DNA from: Candidatus Latescibacterota bacterium
GTDB lineage: Bacteria; Latescibacterota; UBA2968; UBA8231
Assembly: GCA_965223905.1 (NCBI GenBank)
Contig: CBDCXV010000001.1
Span: forward strand, 736,001 to 800,000
DNA length: 64,000 nucleotides
Direction: 5' to 3'
Part shown: one piece after another, positions 28,886 through 39,918 of the stretch
Layout: each line of letters begins with the position of its first letter
How positions within the stretch are numbered: the first letter of the stretch is position 1
Made by a program: the position numbers and the translations under genes
The notes under the pieces: generated by a model
Database searches by the model: none
Told to the model about the DNA's origin: nothing
The model's input: the letters and a program-made list of their open reading frames with translations, nothing else

Positions 28886-30061
28886 ATGAAGATCACCGAC
28901 GTGCGCACCCTCTGCCTCAGCCGCAGGCACGAACCCGACCTGATCTGGTTCAGCAGCGAGTTCCGTGTCTTCAAGGCGGATTGCCCGGTCGTCGTCATCG
29001 ACACCGACGGCGGCATCCAGGGTATCAGCGAACCGTCTACCTACGGTTATCCGCCGGCCCTGAGGGAGCGCGCCGAGGCGCTGAAATACAAGCTGATCGG
29101 CGAGGACCCGGAGGATCCGGCGCTGGTGCCTGAGAACACCGGACACCGCCTGGGGGACATATACAACGCCGGCATCGAGCTGGCGCTCTGGGACATCCGC
29201 GGCAGGATCGCCGGCAAGCGGGTGGCCGACCTCATCCTCGACGAGCTGCCCGGCTCGCCGCCGCAGCCGCGCGAACGCCTGCGGCTCTACGCCTCGGCCG
29301 GAGTCCAGTACGACTGGGACGACAACCCGGAGTCGGTAATCGACGAGGCCGTCTCCCTCGCCGACCGCGGCTACACCGCCTACAAGATGCGGCTGGGCAC
29401 GGCGTGGAGCTGGTCCGGGGTGACGGTCGAGCGCTTTCTCGAGCTCGCCCAGGCGGTCACCGACGCGGTCGGCAGCCGCATGGAGCTGATGCTGGAGGGG
29501 AACTCCCGCCTCGACGAGGAGCAGGCGCTGCAGACAGGGCGCTGGCTCGACGAGCGCGGGTGGACCTGGTTCGAGGAGCCGCTGCCCAAGGAGGAGGTCG
29601 ACGGGTACGCGCGCCTGAACCGGGCGCTCTCGATCCCGATCACCGGAGGGGAATCGAACAGCCGGCTCGCCGACTTCGAGCCCTTCTTCCAGAAGGGGGC
29701 CTATGCAAAGGGGCAACTCGACGTCGGGGTCTGCACCCTCAGGGAGGCCTTGCGCATCTGCCGCAGGGGTGGCGAATACGGAATCCCCGTCTTCACCCAG
29801 AACTGGCACAACGGCTTGCTGACGGTGGCCAACGCCCACCTGCTCGCCGCCCTTCCCGGGGAGCACGTGCTCGAGCAGTTCGTCGGGCAGGGTCCGCTGC
29901 AGTGGGGGATCATCGAGGAGGATCCGGTTGCCGGCGGATGGTTCACTCTGCCGTCGGGCCCGGGTTGGGGCGTGGAGCTGGCCGGGGACCTCGAGGCGAA
30001 GTTCCCGTGGATTCCCGGCCGCTGGGGAGAGCATGAAGAGCGCCCGGCGAGTCGGGGCTGA
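28886..30061 (+). CDS. Mandelate racemase/muconate lactonizing enzyme family (enolase superfamily)
   Basis: MKITDV, AGIELALWDIRG, GYTAYKMR, WFEEP, PITGGE, PSGPGWGVE. Confidence 0.92.
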   Translation: MKITDVRTLCLSRRHEPDLIWFSSEFRVFKADCPVVVIDTDGGIQGISEPSTYGYPPALRERAEALKYKLIGEDPEDPALVPENTGHRLGDIYNAGIELALWDIRGRIAGKRVADLILDELPGSPPQPRERLRLYASAGVQYDWDDNPESVIDEAVSLADRGYTAYKMRLGTAWSWSGVTVERFLELAQAVTDAVGSRMELMLEGNSRLDEEQALQTGRWLDERGWTWFEEPLPKEEVDGYARLNRALSIPITGGESNSRLADFEPFFQKGAYAKGQLDVGVCTLREALRICRRGGEYGIPVFTQNWHNGLLTVANAHLLAALPGEHVLEQFVGQGPLQWGIIEEDPVAGGWFTLPSGPGWGVELAGDLEAKFPWIPGRWGEHEERPASRG

Positions 30062-30248
30062 AGCAGAAATGCCAGGGACTCCGGGGTTGCGCCGGAAATG
30101 GGGGGCAGCCACTGGTTCCGGTTTTTCCGTCAGCTTGCGGGTCCCGCGCAGGCAGCGAAGACCCGGTCGAGGTGGGCGGCTGTCGGGCCGCAGCGGTCCG
30201 ACAATCAAAAAAAATTCGATCCAGAAGCGCTTCCGAAAGGTCCCGATC

Positions 30249-33038
<2,790 letters not shown>

Positions 33039-33185
33039 GACGTTTTGGGGATCGGGAAGGGTAGGCGGGGGTTGCGGACAGCCATTGTGTTCCGTGTGTG
33101 GCTGAGCAGTATTGGTCAACAGAAGAGTCCCCTGTCGCTGGTTCGATCATGCTCACCATCACGTACTTTTATGATAGTCTATCAG

Positions 33186-33857
33186 ATGATGGAAACGACC
33201 GTTGATCTGGAAAAACAGCATGCTCGGGCTCTCGCCTTGGAATACCGAAACCGAGGTTATGAAGTGATCGAAGAGCCATCGCAGGAACAACTGCCGAGTT
33301 TCTTGACGGGCTACCATCCCGACTTGCTGTTGCGTAAAGCAAGTGAAGCTGTTGTTGTCGAGGTGAAATCCCGAGGATCCCTGGCTAAAGAGCCTGAAAT
33401 CAGACAGCTGGCCCGGTTAGTGCGAACGCAACCTGGATGGAGTTTCGAGTTGATGGTGGTAGATAAAGGGGAACAACTCGAAACTCTCGAAGATGCCCAT
33501 CCTTTCACAAGGGAAGACATACTGCGAGGTATCGAAGAAACTGGACGACTGCTTGCATCCGGGTATGCAGAAGCCGCACTGTTGCGAGCATGGTCTGTAG
33601 CGGAGGCAACGGTGAGGCTCCTCGTGGAAGAAGAAGGCTTGGCAGTCGAACGTCCCACTCCTCAATTCATGCTCAAGCAAGCAGTGATGAATGGGGTGAT
33701 TTCACGGGAAGATTTCCGCTTGTTGATTCAAAGCCTCAAACACCGCAACGCACTGGTCCACGGCTTTACACCGTCTGATTTCGACGCAACCCTTGTAAGT
33801 GCGCTCACCGACACGACGAAGCGACTTTTTCAATCAACGTCCCAGGAATCTATCTAG
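33186..33857 (+). CDS. REase_AHJR-like PD-(D/E)xK nuclease with C-terminal HEPN-like region
   Basis: EYRNRGYEV, PDLLLRK...VVVEVK, C-terminal RNALVHG (RX4H); visibly lower GC than flanks. Confidence 0.75.
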   Translation: MMETTVDLEKQHARALALEYRNRGYEVIEEPSQEQLPSFLTGYHPDLLLRKASEAVVVEVKSRGSLAKEPEIRQLARLVRTQPGWSFELMVVDKGEQLETLEDAHPFTREDILRGIEETGRLLASGYAEAALLRAWSVAEATVRLLVEEEGLAVERPTPQFMLKQAVMNGVISREDFRLLIQSLKHRNALVHGFTPSDFDATLVSALTDTTKRLFQSTSQESI

Positions 33858-33947
33858 TTACAATTAACATCAGCGAATCCTAAAATCAGCGAACCTGTCC
33901 AGGTAGCCCGGTCTCGGCTCGTGGCCGCGATCAAGGAAGGCAAAAAG

Positions 33948-34250
33948 ATGACGTCGGAACGAACCCCGGTGGGTCTGGAGATCGAAGCTGCCCTGGAGGA
34001 GGTTCTCTCCCATGTTCGCGGCGAAGTGGATCTGCCGTGCCGCATAGTAGACGATCCCACCGCTGAACGGATTCTCGCGGTGCGGCAGCGAATGAAGTTG
34101 AGTCGAAAGAAATTTGCGGACCGTTTCGGTCTCGATGCGCGTGCCGTGCAGGATTGGGAACAGGGGCGTCGTGTTCCAGACCGCGCCGCCCGAGTTTTGC
34201 TGACCGTCATCGAGCGCGACCCAGAGGCGGTCGTGCGTGCGCTCGCCTGA
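33948..34250 (+). CDS. XRE/Cro-like HTH antitoxin (HigA2/NadS-like), orphan
   Basis: VRQRMKLSRKKFADRFGL...VQDWEQGRRVPDRAARVLLTVIERDPEAV. Confidence 0.87.
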   Translation: MTSERTPVGLEIEAALEEVLSHVRGEVDLPCRIVDDPTAERILAVRQRMKLSRKKFADRFGLDARAVQDWEQGRRVPDRAARVLLTVIERDPEAVVRALA

Positions 34251-34467
34251 GTGATCCGGGTCGCGTAACGAGCGGCCGACGAGCTGAACGAACAGGCTCA
34301 TCAAGGAGTAGCTGGCGGCTGGAAGATGCAGGTGGGTTGGCTCTCGGCCCGGTGAGCAGACCCAGGATCGAGCGGCTTCCATGCCGCCCCGTCCGCCTTC
34401 AGGTCGTCAATCACCAAAAATGCGGCAACTACCCGCTCTGTCCCGGAACCTGCCGCCGGCAGCCGAA

Positions 34468-34558
34468 CAGCGGCCGGCGGCGATCTTCAACGGGTTCCTC
34501 GGCACCTCCGACTTCCTGGGCCGGTACCTGTACGTGCGCCTGACCCAGTTCCGGTAGG
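34468..34558 (+). repeat. Direct repeat copy 2 of TBDR 3' end (15-bp internal deletion)
   Basis: GATCTTCAACGGGTTCCTCGGCACCTCCGA...GGGCCGGTACCTGTACGTGCGCCTGACCCAGTTCCGGTAGG. Confidence 0.9.
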
Positions 34559-34611
34559 GTCCGCTCGCCGCGCAGCACGCCGGATCGCTCTTCAGCGCGT
34601 CGTCTTCCAGA

Positions 34612-35853
34612 TCACCAGAAGGAGGCTTTGATGCGCCCCCAAGTATCCGCTTCAAGTATCTTGCCGGCGCCGCAGTCGCCACCGAGGGGATCGTCGATCC
34701 AGCGCACCATGCGCCAGATGCCGTAGTCACCCTGGCGCAGCTTGAAGGTCATGGTCTGGTCGATGCGGAAGCCCTCGTCATCGCTTATCAGGAGCAGGAT
34801 TTCAACGCGGCCCCGGAAGGCTTCCCAGTCCTCGTCCGGATGCCCGTCCGGGTCCCCCTCGAAGGCATCCGGGTAATCGCTACCGAGCTCCACGCTGCGC
34901 TCCAGAAGCTCGAACTGGAACTCGAAGGTGGGAAAGACATCGAAGATGCCTTTGTGGCCGCCGTCGCGGGTACCGGCGAGGATCTCGAGCTCCTCCTCCC
35001 GGCCGTTGGGAAAGACCAGCTCGCCCACGCAGTTGCTTTCTGTAAACCAGAAATTTCCATCCAACAGGGTTTCGTACAGCGCTCCGTCGCGGCCGTTCAT
35101 GGCCAGGGCGAGGTTCCTCATCAGCTGCTCCGGGCTGGTTGCCGGCGGCGGAGGGTCGCCTCGGCGCTCGACCGTGAAGTCGAGCACTCCCCCCTCCGGG
35201 ATGGAAGTGTCGAACTGCCAATACTCCCTGATACCCTCGCCCGCAATGCGGACGGTATAGCGTCGGTTCTGCGCCGGGCGGGCGACCTGCGCTGATTTGC
35301 CGCTCGGGCCCCTGGCCGCTCTGTCCGAGGCGCCGTCGATCAGGGTCATCTTTCCGGCCGCCGTCATTCCCCCTGACTGCAGGCGGTACAGGTACATCCC
35401 CGCGGAAACCCCCATCCCGTTTTCGCCGCGGCCGTCCCAGGCCGCCGCGTTCTCTCCCGCGGGCCGGTACGAGTCCTCCAGGGTGCGGACCCGGTGTCCG
35501 AGCAGGTTGTAGACCGCCAGGTCCACAAGCGCCGGGGTGGCCAGGCTGTAGGGGATGAGGGTGGTGGAGTTGAAGGGGTTGGGGTAGTTCGGGTAGAGCT
35601 GGAATTGGCCGGGGACCGTCCCCGCCTCCGCCGAGGTGGGAAGCGACAGGACGACGGAGTAGCCGCCGTCCCCGGCCGTCGTATCCCCGAATGCCTCCTG
35701 GGGATTGTCCTCGTCGATGAACTGGATGGAAGCGCCCGCCACGGGCGTTCCCTCGGTGTCCGTCACCCTGCCGGTAACGAAGCCCTCCGCGGAAGCAGGC
35801 GCGCAAAGAAACAGGGCGGCGGGAAGCGCGGAAACGGCGATCAGGCGAAACAT
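34612..35853 (-). CDS. Secreted protein: carboxypeptidase-regulatory-like domain, internal FlgD-Ig/T9SS-CTD-like domain, NTF2-like domain, C-terminal TWGRIKAS motif
   Basis: Signal peptide ending ASA; VTGRVTDTEGTPVAGASI; LYPNYPNPFN...WDG...SAGMYLYRL; ADTWGRIKASFW. Confidence 0.82.
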   Translation of the reverse strand: MFRLIAVSALPAALFLCAPASAEGFVTGRVTDTEGTPVAGASIQFIDEDNPQEAFGDTTAGDGGYSVVLSLPTSAEAGTVPGQFQLYPNYPNPFNSTTLIPYSLATPALVDLAVYNLLGHRVRTLEDSYRPAGENAAAWDGRGENGMGVSAGMYLYRLQSGGMTAAGKMTLIDGASDRAARGPSGKSAQVARPAQNRRYTVRIAGEGIREYWQFDTSIPEGGVLDFTVERRGDPPPPATSPEQLMRNLALAMNGRDGALYETLLDGNFWFTESNCVGELVFPNGREEELEILAGTRDGGHKGIFDVFPTFEFQFELLERSVELGSDYPDAFEGDPDGHPDEDWEAFRGRVEILLLISDDEGFRIDQTMTFKLRQGDYGIWRMVRWIDDPLGGDCGAGKILEADTWGRIKASFW

Positions 35854-35933
35854 TTTTTCGAATGCAGGCGCTAGTTTAGCACTCGATGCGGGAAACGGCT
35901 GCTGCTGGTCCTGGCGGCACCGGGCCGCACCCA

Positions 35934-36947
35934 TCACAAGTCCGCTTCCGGGTCGACGACCTGAACCCACCAGGGAACCCCTCCGGTTTCATACCACCGC
36001 ATCGGCTCGAGGGTTCCCGTGTTCCCGTCGATGCGGTACTGCGCCAGGCGGTCGGCGATCTCTCCCGCGGCGTACAGGAAGCGTCCGTTCGGCTCGATGT
36101 CGAAGGAGCGGGGCGTCTCCGGCGTCGCCGCGTGCCCGCGCGGCGCCAGCTCCCCCGTGGTTTCCGAGATCGCGAAGCAGGCGATGCTGTCGTGGCCCCT
36201 GTTGGCGACATAGAGGAAGCGGCCGCCCGGGTGGATCAGCATGCGGGCGGTGGCGCCGCCGCTGAAACCGGGGGGCAGAGTGGCTGTCGTCCGCAGGGGA
36301 CTCAGGGTGCCGCTGCCTTCGTCGAAGCGGTACTGGGTGACGCTGTTGCCCTGCTCGTTGCCGGCGTAGAGCCAGAGCCCGTCGGGGTGAAAGTGGACGT
36401 GCCGCGGTCCCAGCTCCGCCCCTGCGACCACCTTGGGAGGGTCGTTGACCTCGAGCATGCCGCCGGCGAACCGCAGCTGGAAGATGGCGTTGGCAGGGCA
36501 GGTATGAGGGACGAAGAGGAAGCGGTTCGCCGGATCGAGGGCCAGGCCGTGGGCGTGCAGATCGGTGTCGACGACGCAGGAAGGGGGCTCGCGCGCGGCG
36601 CCGTCCTCGCCGACCGGGTAGACGGTGACCTTGCCCGAGACGTAGTAGGGGGTCAGGAGCCAGCGCCCGCTGCGGTCGGTCAGCAGGTAGCCCGGGTCCT
36701 CGAGATCGGTGTCGATGGTGTGGAGATGGGCGAGCCGGCCGCTGCCGGCGTCGATGCGGAAGCTGAGCAGCCGCCCGTTCGAGCGTATGGCGGCGTAGAG
36801 AACCGGGAGGCGGCAGTGCCGCCCCTGGACGCTCGGCGCCCCGGGGACCGGCTCGTTGCGCAGGTGCTCGAGGTCTCCGGTTTCGCCGTCGACACGATAG
36901 CAGGCGAGCTGTTCCTCCCCCGCCAGGGAGAGGTAGAGAAAGCTCAT
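35934..36947 (-). CDS. Lactonase, 7-bladed beta-propeller (Pgl family paralogue)
   Basis: HAHG, GPRHVHFHP, YVANRGHDSI, TPRSF motifs. Confidence 0.88.
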   Translation of the reverse strand: MSFLYLSLAGEEQLACYRVDGETGDLEHLRNEPVPGAPSVQGRHCRLPVLYAAIRSNGRLLSFRIDAGSGRLAHLHTIDTDLEDPGYLLTDRSGRWLLTPYYVSGKVTVYPVGEDGAAREPPSCVVDTDLHAHGLALDPANRFLFVPHTCPANAIFQLRFAGGMLEVNDPPKVVAGAELGPRHVHFHPDGLWLYAGNEQGNSVTQYRFDEGSGTLSPLRTTATLPPGFSGGATARMLIHPGGRFLYVANRGHDSIACFAISETTGELAPRGHAATPETPRSFDIEPNGRFLYAAGEIADRLAQYRIDGNTGTLEPMRWYETGGVPWWVQVVDPEADL

Positions 36948-36957
36948 CTCAATAGCT

Positions 36958-37764
36958 TCAGCTCCGCCGCGGAGGACGGTGGGGCACCAGCGGCTGCACG
37001 ATATCCCGCCGCTCCGGGGTCAGCCGCCGCAGCAGTTCCGGCGACGGCTCGTACCCGAAGCGGTGGCGGTACATGCCCGGCAGGTAGCGGAACACCAGGG
37101 ACCGGCGCCGTCCCTCGTTGCTGCGCGCCGCCGACCCGTGGATCAGCATGTCGTTGATCAGCAGCGCGTCCCCGGCCTCCAGATGCATTTCAACCGTGCC
37201 TTCGATCTCCTCTCCCGGGACCGGGGTGATGCTGGTTCCCGAGGACTGCTGCGGGTGGCGGAACGCCGACTTGTGGCTTCCGGGTATGAGCACGGTGGCC
37301 CCGTCCCCGGGCCCGATGTCGTCGAGGGCGGCGATCAGGGTCATGTACTGGATGCACCACCTGCCGCCGTCAACGCCGCTGCGCACGCGTCCGTCCCCGA
37401 GCTTCCAGCCCCCCGAGTGCACCCCGATATAACCCCCTTTTCCGCGCAGGTTGAGGAAGCACTCGTGGATGAACGGGCCCCCGGATTCTCCGAGGTAGTG
37501 GCGCACCAGGTCGATCCAGGCCGGGTGGTCGATCAGGCGCTCGAAAGGCTCTCCCGCCTCGATGATGTTCTGCAGGTTGAAGCCGTCGATGCTGCCGTAA
37601 GTGTGGGCTTCCATGTTGCCGAGCCACTCGCCGTTCTCCAGCTCCGGCAGGCCGTCGGCCCAGTCGTTGAGCTCCATCAGGTGATCGGCGTCGAGCGCTT
37701 TCGGCAGGATGCAGTACCCGCGCAGGTCGAAGAAGAACTCCTCCATCGGGGTGGGGGCGGGCAT
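36958..37764 (-). CDS. PhyH-family dioxygenase
   Basis: FFFDLRGY, LIDHP, VHSGG, GDGATVLIPGSHK, AGDALL...HGS, RRSLVFRY; RBS CAGGAG. Confidence 0.88.
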   Translation of the reverse strand: MPAPTPMEEFFFDLRGYCILPKALDADHLMELNDWADGLPELENGEWLGNMEAHTYGSIDGFNLQNIIEAGEPFERLIDHPAWIDLVRHYLGESGGPFIHECFLNLRGKGGYIGVHSGGWKLGDGRVRSGVDGGRWCIQYMTLIAALDDIGPGDGATVLIPGSHKSAFRHPQQSSGTSITPVPGEEIEGTVEMHLEAGDALLINDMLIHGSAARSNEGRRRSLVFRYLPGMYRHRFGYEPSPELLRRLTPERRDIVQPLVPHRPPRRS

Positions 37765-37799
37765 GATTTGGATCTCCTGGGCGGGGGCAGAAAAATCCC

Positions 37800-38249
37800 T
37801 TAAGCGTCTGGCAGCGGGTCCGGCAACGGGTTGCGCACCCTGAGCCCGGGAAAACGGCTGAAGTCGCGGTCGGCCGTCAAGAGGGTCTCGACGCCGTGGT
37901 GGAGGCAGAGAGCCGCCACGCGCGCGTCGTGCACCATGGGCCCAGTGATTCGCCCGGTCTCGATCAAACGATGGAATTTTTCCCAGTAACCGGGCGACTC
38001 CGCCAGCAGCACGAGATTCGGGGTCTCGAGCCAAGCCTTGACCTGATCGAGGGCGATGGCGGTTGGAGTCGGCGGGTCGTATATCCGCGGATGGGTCGCG
38101 ATGGCGAGGAACTCGTGCACACACGGCCAGGGGATCGCCCAGGGAGCTGAAGATGCGGCCAATCTTGCCAGACAATCGCGTGCCTGTGGGTGCCACTGGC
38201 AGTCTTCCCGGTGCGCATACACCAGGAGATTGGTGTCTACGGCGTTCAC
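37800..38249 (-). CDS. vapC: VapC PIN-domain toxin
   Basis: AVDTNLLVYAH, EFL, VHDARVAALC, LLTADRDFSRF. Confidence 0.92.
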   Translation of the reverse strand: MNAVDTNLLVYAHREDCQWHPQARDCLARLAASSAPWAIPWPCVHEFLAIATHPRIYDPPTPTAIALDQVKAWLETPNLVLLAESPGYWEKFHRLIETGRITGPMVHDARVAALCLHHGVETLLTADRDFSRFPGLRVRNPLPDPLPDA

Positions 38250-38491
38250 GCTCCGCGGCTTTCGTAGATCAAGTCCCGGATCCGCTCCCAGGAACCCTCC
38301 CGGATCTCCGGTCTGACCCCGTTGCCCCGGAATGTCACTGAACGCAGCGCAAACCCCGGATTCTGGCTCCGTTTCTCCAGGACGTGGCGCAGTCCCTCTT
38401 CCACGAGGGCGCGGACCGTGGTTTCCTGCTGTGCGGCAAGCAGCTTGGCCTCAGTCAGCAGACTGTCGGCAATATCTATGGTTGTTTTCAT
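38246..38491 (-). CDS. vapB: VapB antitoxin (DUF2191-like RHH)
   Basis: MKTTIDIADSLLTEAK...LVEEGLR; stop overlaps vapC start. Confidence 0.88.
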   Translation of the reverse strand: MKTTIDIADSLLTEAKLLAAQQETTVRALVEEGLRHVLEKRSQNPGFALRSVTFRGNGVRPEIREGSWERIRDLIYESRGA

Positions 38492-38547
38492 GCATACGAC
38501 AATAATTGATAACCCATATCTATGGCAACCACAAATGCGAACCGGGA

Positions 38548-38748
38548 TCAGCGATCCGCCGGCATGGCGTTGACGTCGGCTGCCGCCTCCTCCAGGGCCT
38601 GGCGCGGGCAAAGGGTTCCGGTGAAGGCCTTGTTCACGGCGCTGGCGAGGTGGTTCTGGATCTCCGTGACCGCCGGATGGCCGGGCCACCCCAGGCCCTC
38701 GCGGCCGGCCTCCGCCATCGCCTGATGGTCGATGAAGTCCGACTCCAC
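38548..38748 (-). pseudogene. C-terminal remnant of an ABC sugar-binding (extracellular solute-binding) protein
   Basis: P.HP...EIQ..L..AV..AFTG...PRQALEEAAADVN pattern typical of SBP C-termini; no N-terminal part. Confidence 0.5.
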
Positions 38749-38805
38749 CCCGGGGGCGCAGGCCGCTTTCCCCGCCGGAAAAGGCCGCCCGGAGCCGCGG
38801 CAGCG

Positions 38806-39666
38806 CTACAGTTCCGCGCGGTTCCGCGACCGCGCGTCCCTGACCAGCCTGCCGCTGTGCAGCACCCCGCGCATGCAGCGGTCCCGCCAGTGGGCGGAGG
38901 CGTCGGTCAGTTTCTGGCGGGTGTCGATCTCCGTGATCAGCACCGCGGGCCGGTGCCCCCGCGCCTTGTTGACGATCATGCCTTCGGCGTTGACGACGAA
39001 GCTCGGCCAAGCGTAGCGGCGGGTGCCGTTGTTGGCGCTGACGGCGAAGTAGTTGCTCGCCGCGGCGGCCTGGAGGGTCGCGGGAACGCTGACCTTGTAC
39101 TTCTCGCAGGCTTCCTGCGTCATGCCGGCATTGTGGAAGGAGACCAGCATCAGGTCGACCCCCTTCCGCTTGTACTCGCGGAAGAGCTCGGGATAGCGGA
39201 AATCGTGGCAGATCAGCAGTCCGCAGGTGAGGCCGCGCACCTGGAAGGTGACCAGCGACTCCCCGGGGCTGTAGTGGGCCAGGTCTCCTTCCTTCGCGCT
39301 GCCGCCGGTGCAGAACATCTTGTCGTAGCGGGTGACGAGGCGGCCGCGGCTGTCGATGACGTAAAGGGAGTTGTGCGGCTTGTGGCGGCCCGTCAGGCGA
39401 TGATTGCAGCCGATAACGACCCAGACCCGGTGGTGCCTCGCCGCGGCCATCACCTCCTCCATCGCCGCGGTGATGCGGTCCCAGTCGCCGCGGTCATGGG
39501 AGTCGACCTCGACGCCGAGGTAGCCGGAGAGACAGGCCTCGGAGAAATGCACGAGGTGGGCTCCCCGGGCCCTGGCGGACTCGAGCTGGTTGAGTGCCGA
39601 GCGCAGATTCCGCTGCGGCTGCTTGTGGACGTGGAACTGGCAGGTCGCCAGGACGAGCTTGGCCAA
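38806..39666 (-). CDS. Carbon-nitrogen hydrolase (nitrilase superfamily)
   Basis: FSEACLSGY, YDKM, GLLICHDFRYPE (E-K-C triad); TTG start with RBS AAGGAGG. Confidence 0.9.
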   Translation of the reverse strand: MAKLVLATCQFHVHKQPQRNLRSALNQLESARARGAHLVHFSEACLSGYLGVEVDSHDRGDWDRITAAMEEVMAAARHHRVWVVIGCNHRLTGRHKPHNSLYVIDSRGRLVTRYDKMFCTGGSAKEGDLAHYSPGESLVTFQVRGLTCGLLICHDFRYPELFREYKRKGVDLMLVSFHNAGMTQEACEKYKVSVPATLQAAAASNYFAVSANNGTRRYAWPSFVVNAEGMIVNKARGHRPAVLITEIDTRQKLTDASAHWRDRCMRGVLHSGRLVRDARSRNRAEL

Positions 39667-39918
39667 GAGGGACCTCCTTTGGGTGGTAATCGGGTCAGTG
39701 TCCCGTTCCGGGAATGCCTCGAGATTCATTCTCCGGGGCATCCGGCCTGCTTGCGCTCACTCGTCATGCGGCACCGATACGCCCGACCCCGGAACTGTCA
39801 TGTCATGTGGGGCGCTACATCGACTACGTCGGATCCTGGGGGCCGACGATCCTCGGACATCGGCCGTTCCGGGAGCCTTCGATTTTTCAGGTCATCCCCG
39901 GCATCCCACAACGGAAGC

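Noticed and set aside
35876-35902. TTAGCACTC, a perfect CIRCE half-site
   Set aside because: The second half (GAGTGCTAA after 9 nt) is absent and no chaperone gene is adjacent; none was found upstream of htpG either.
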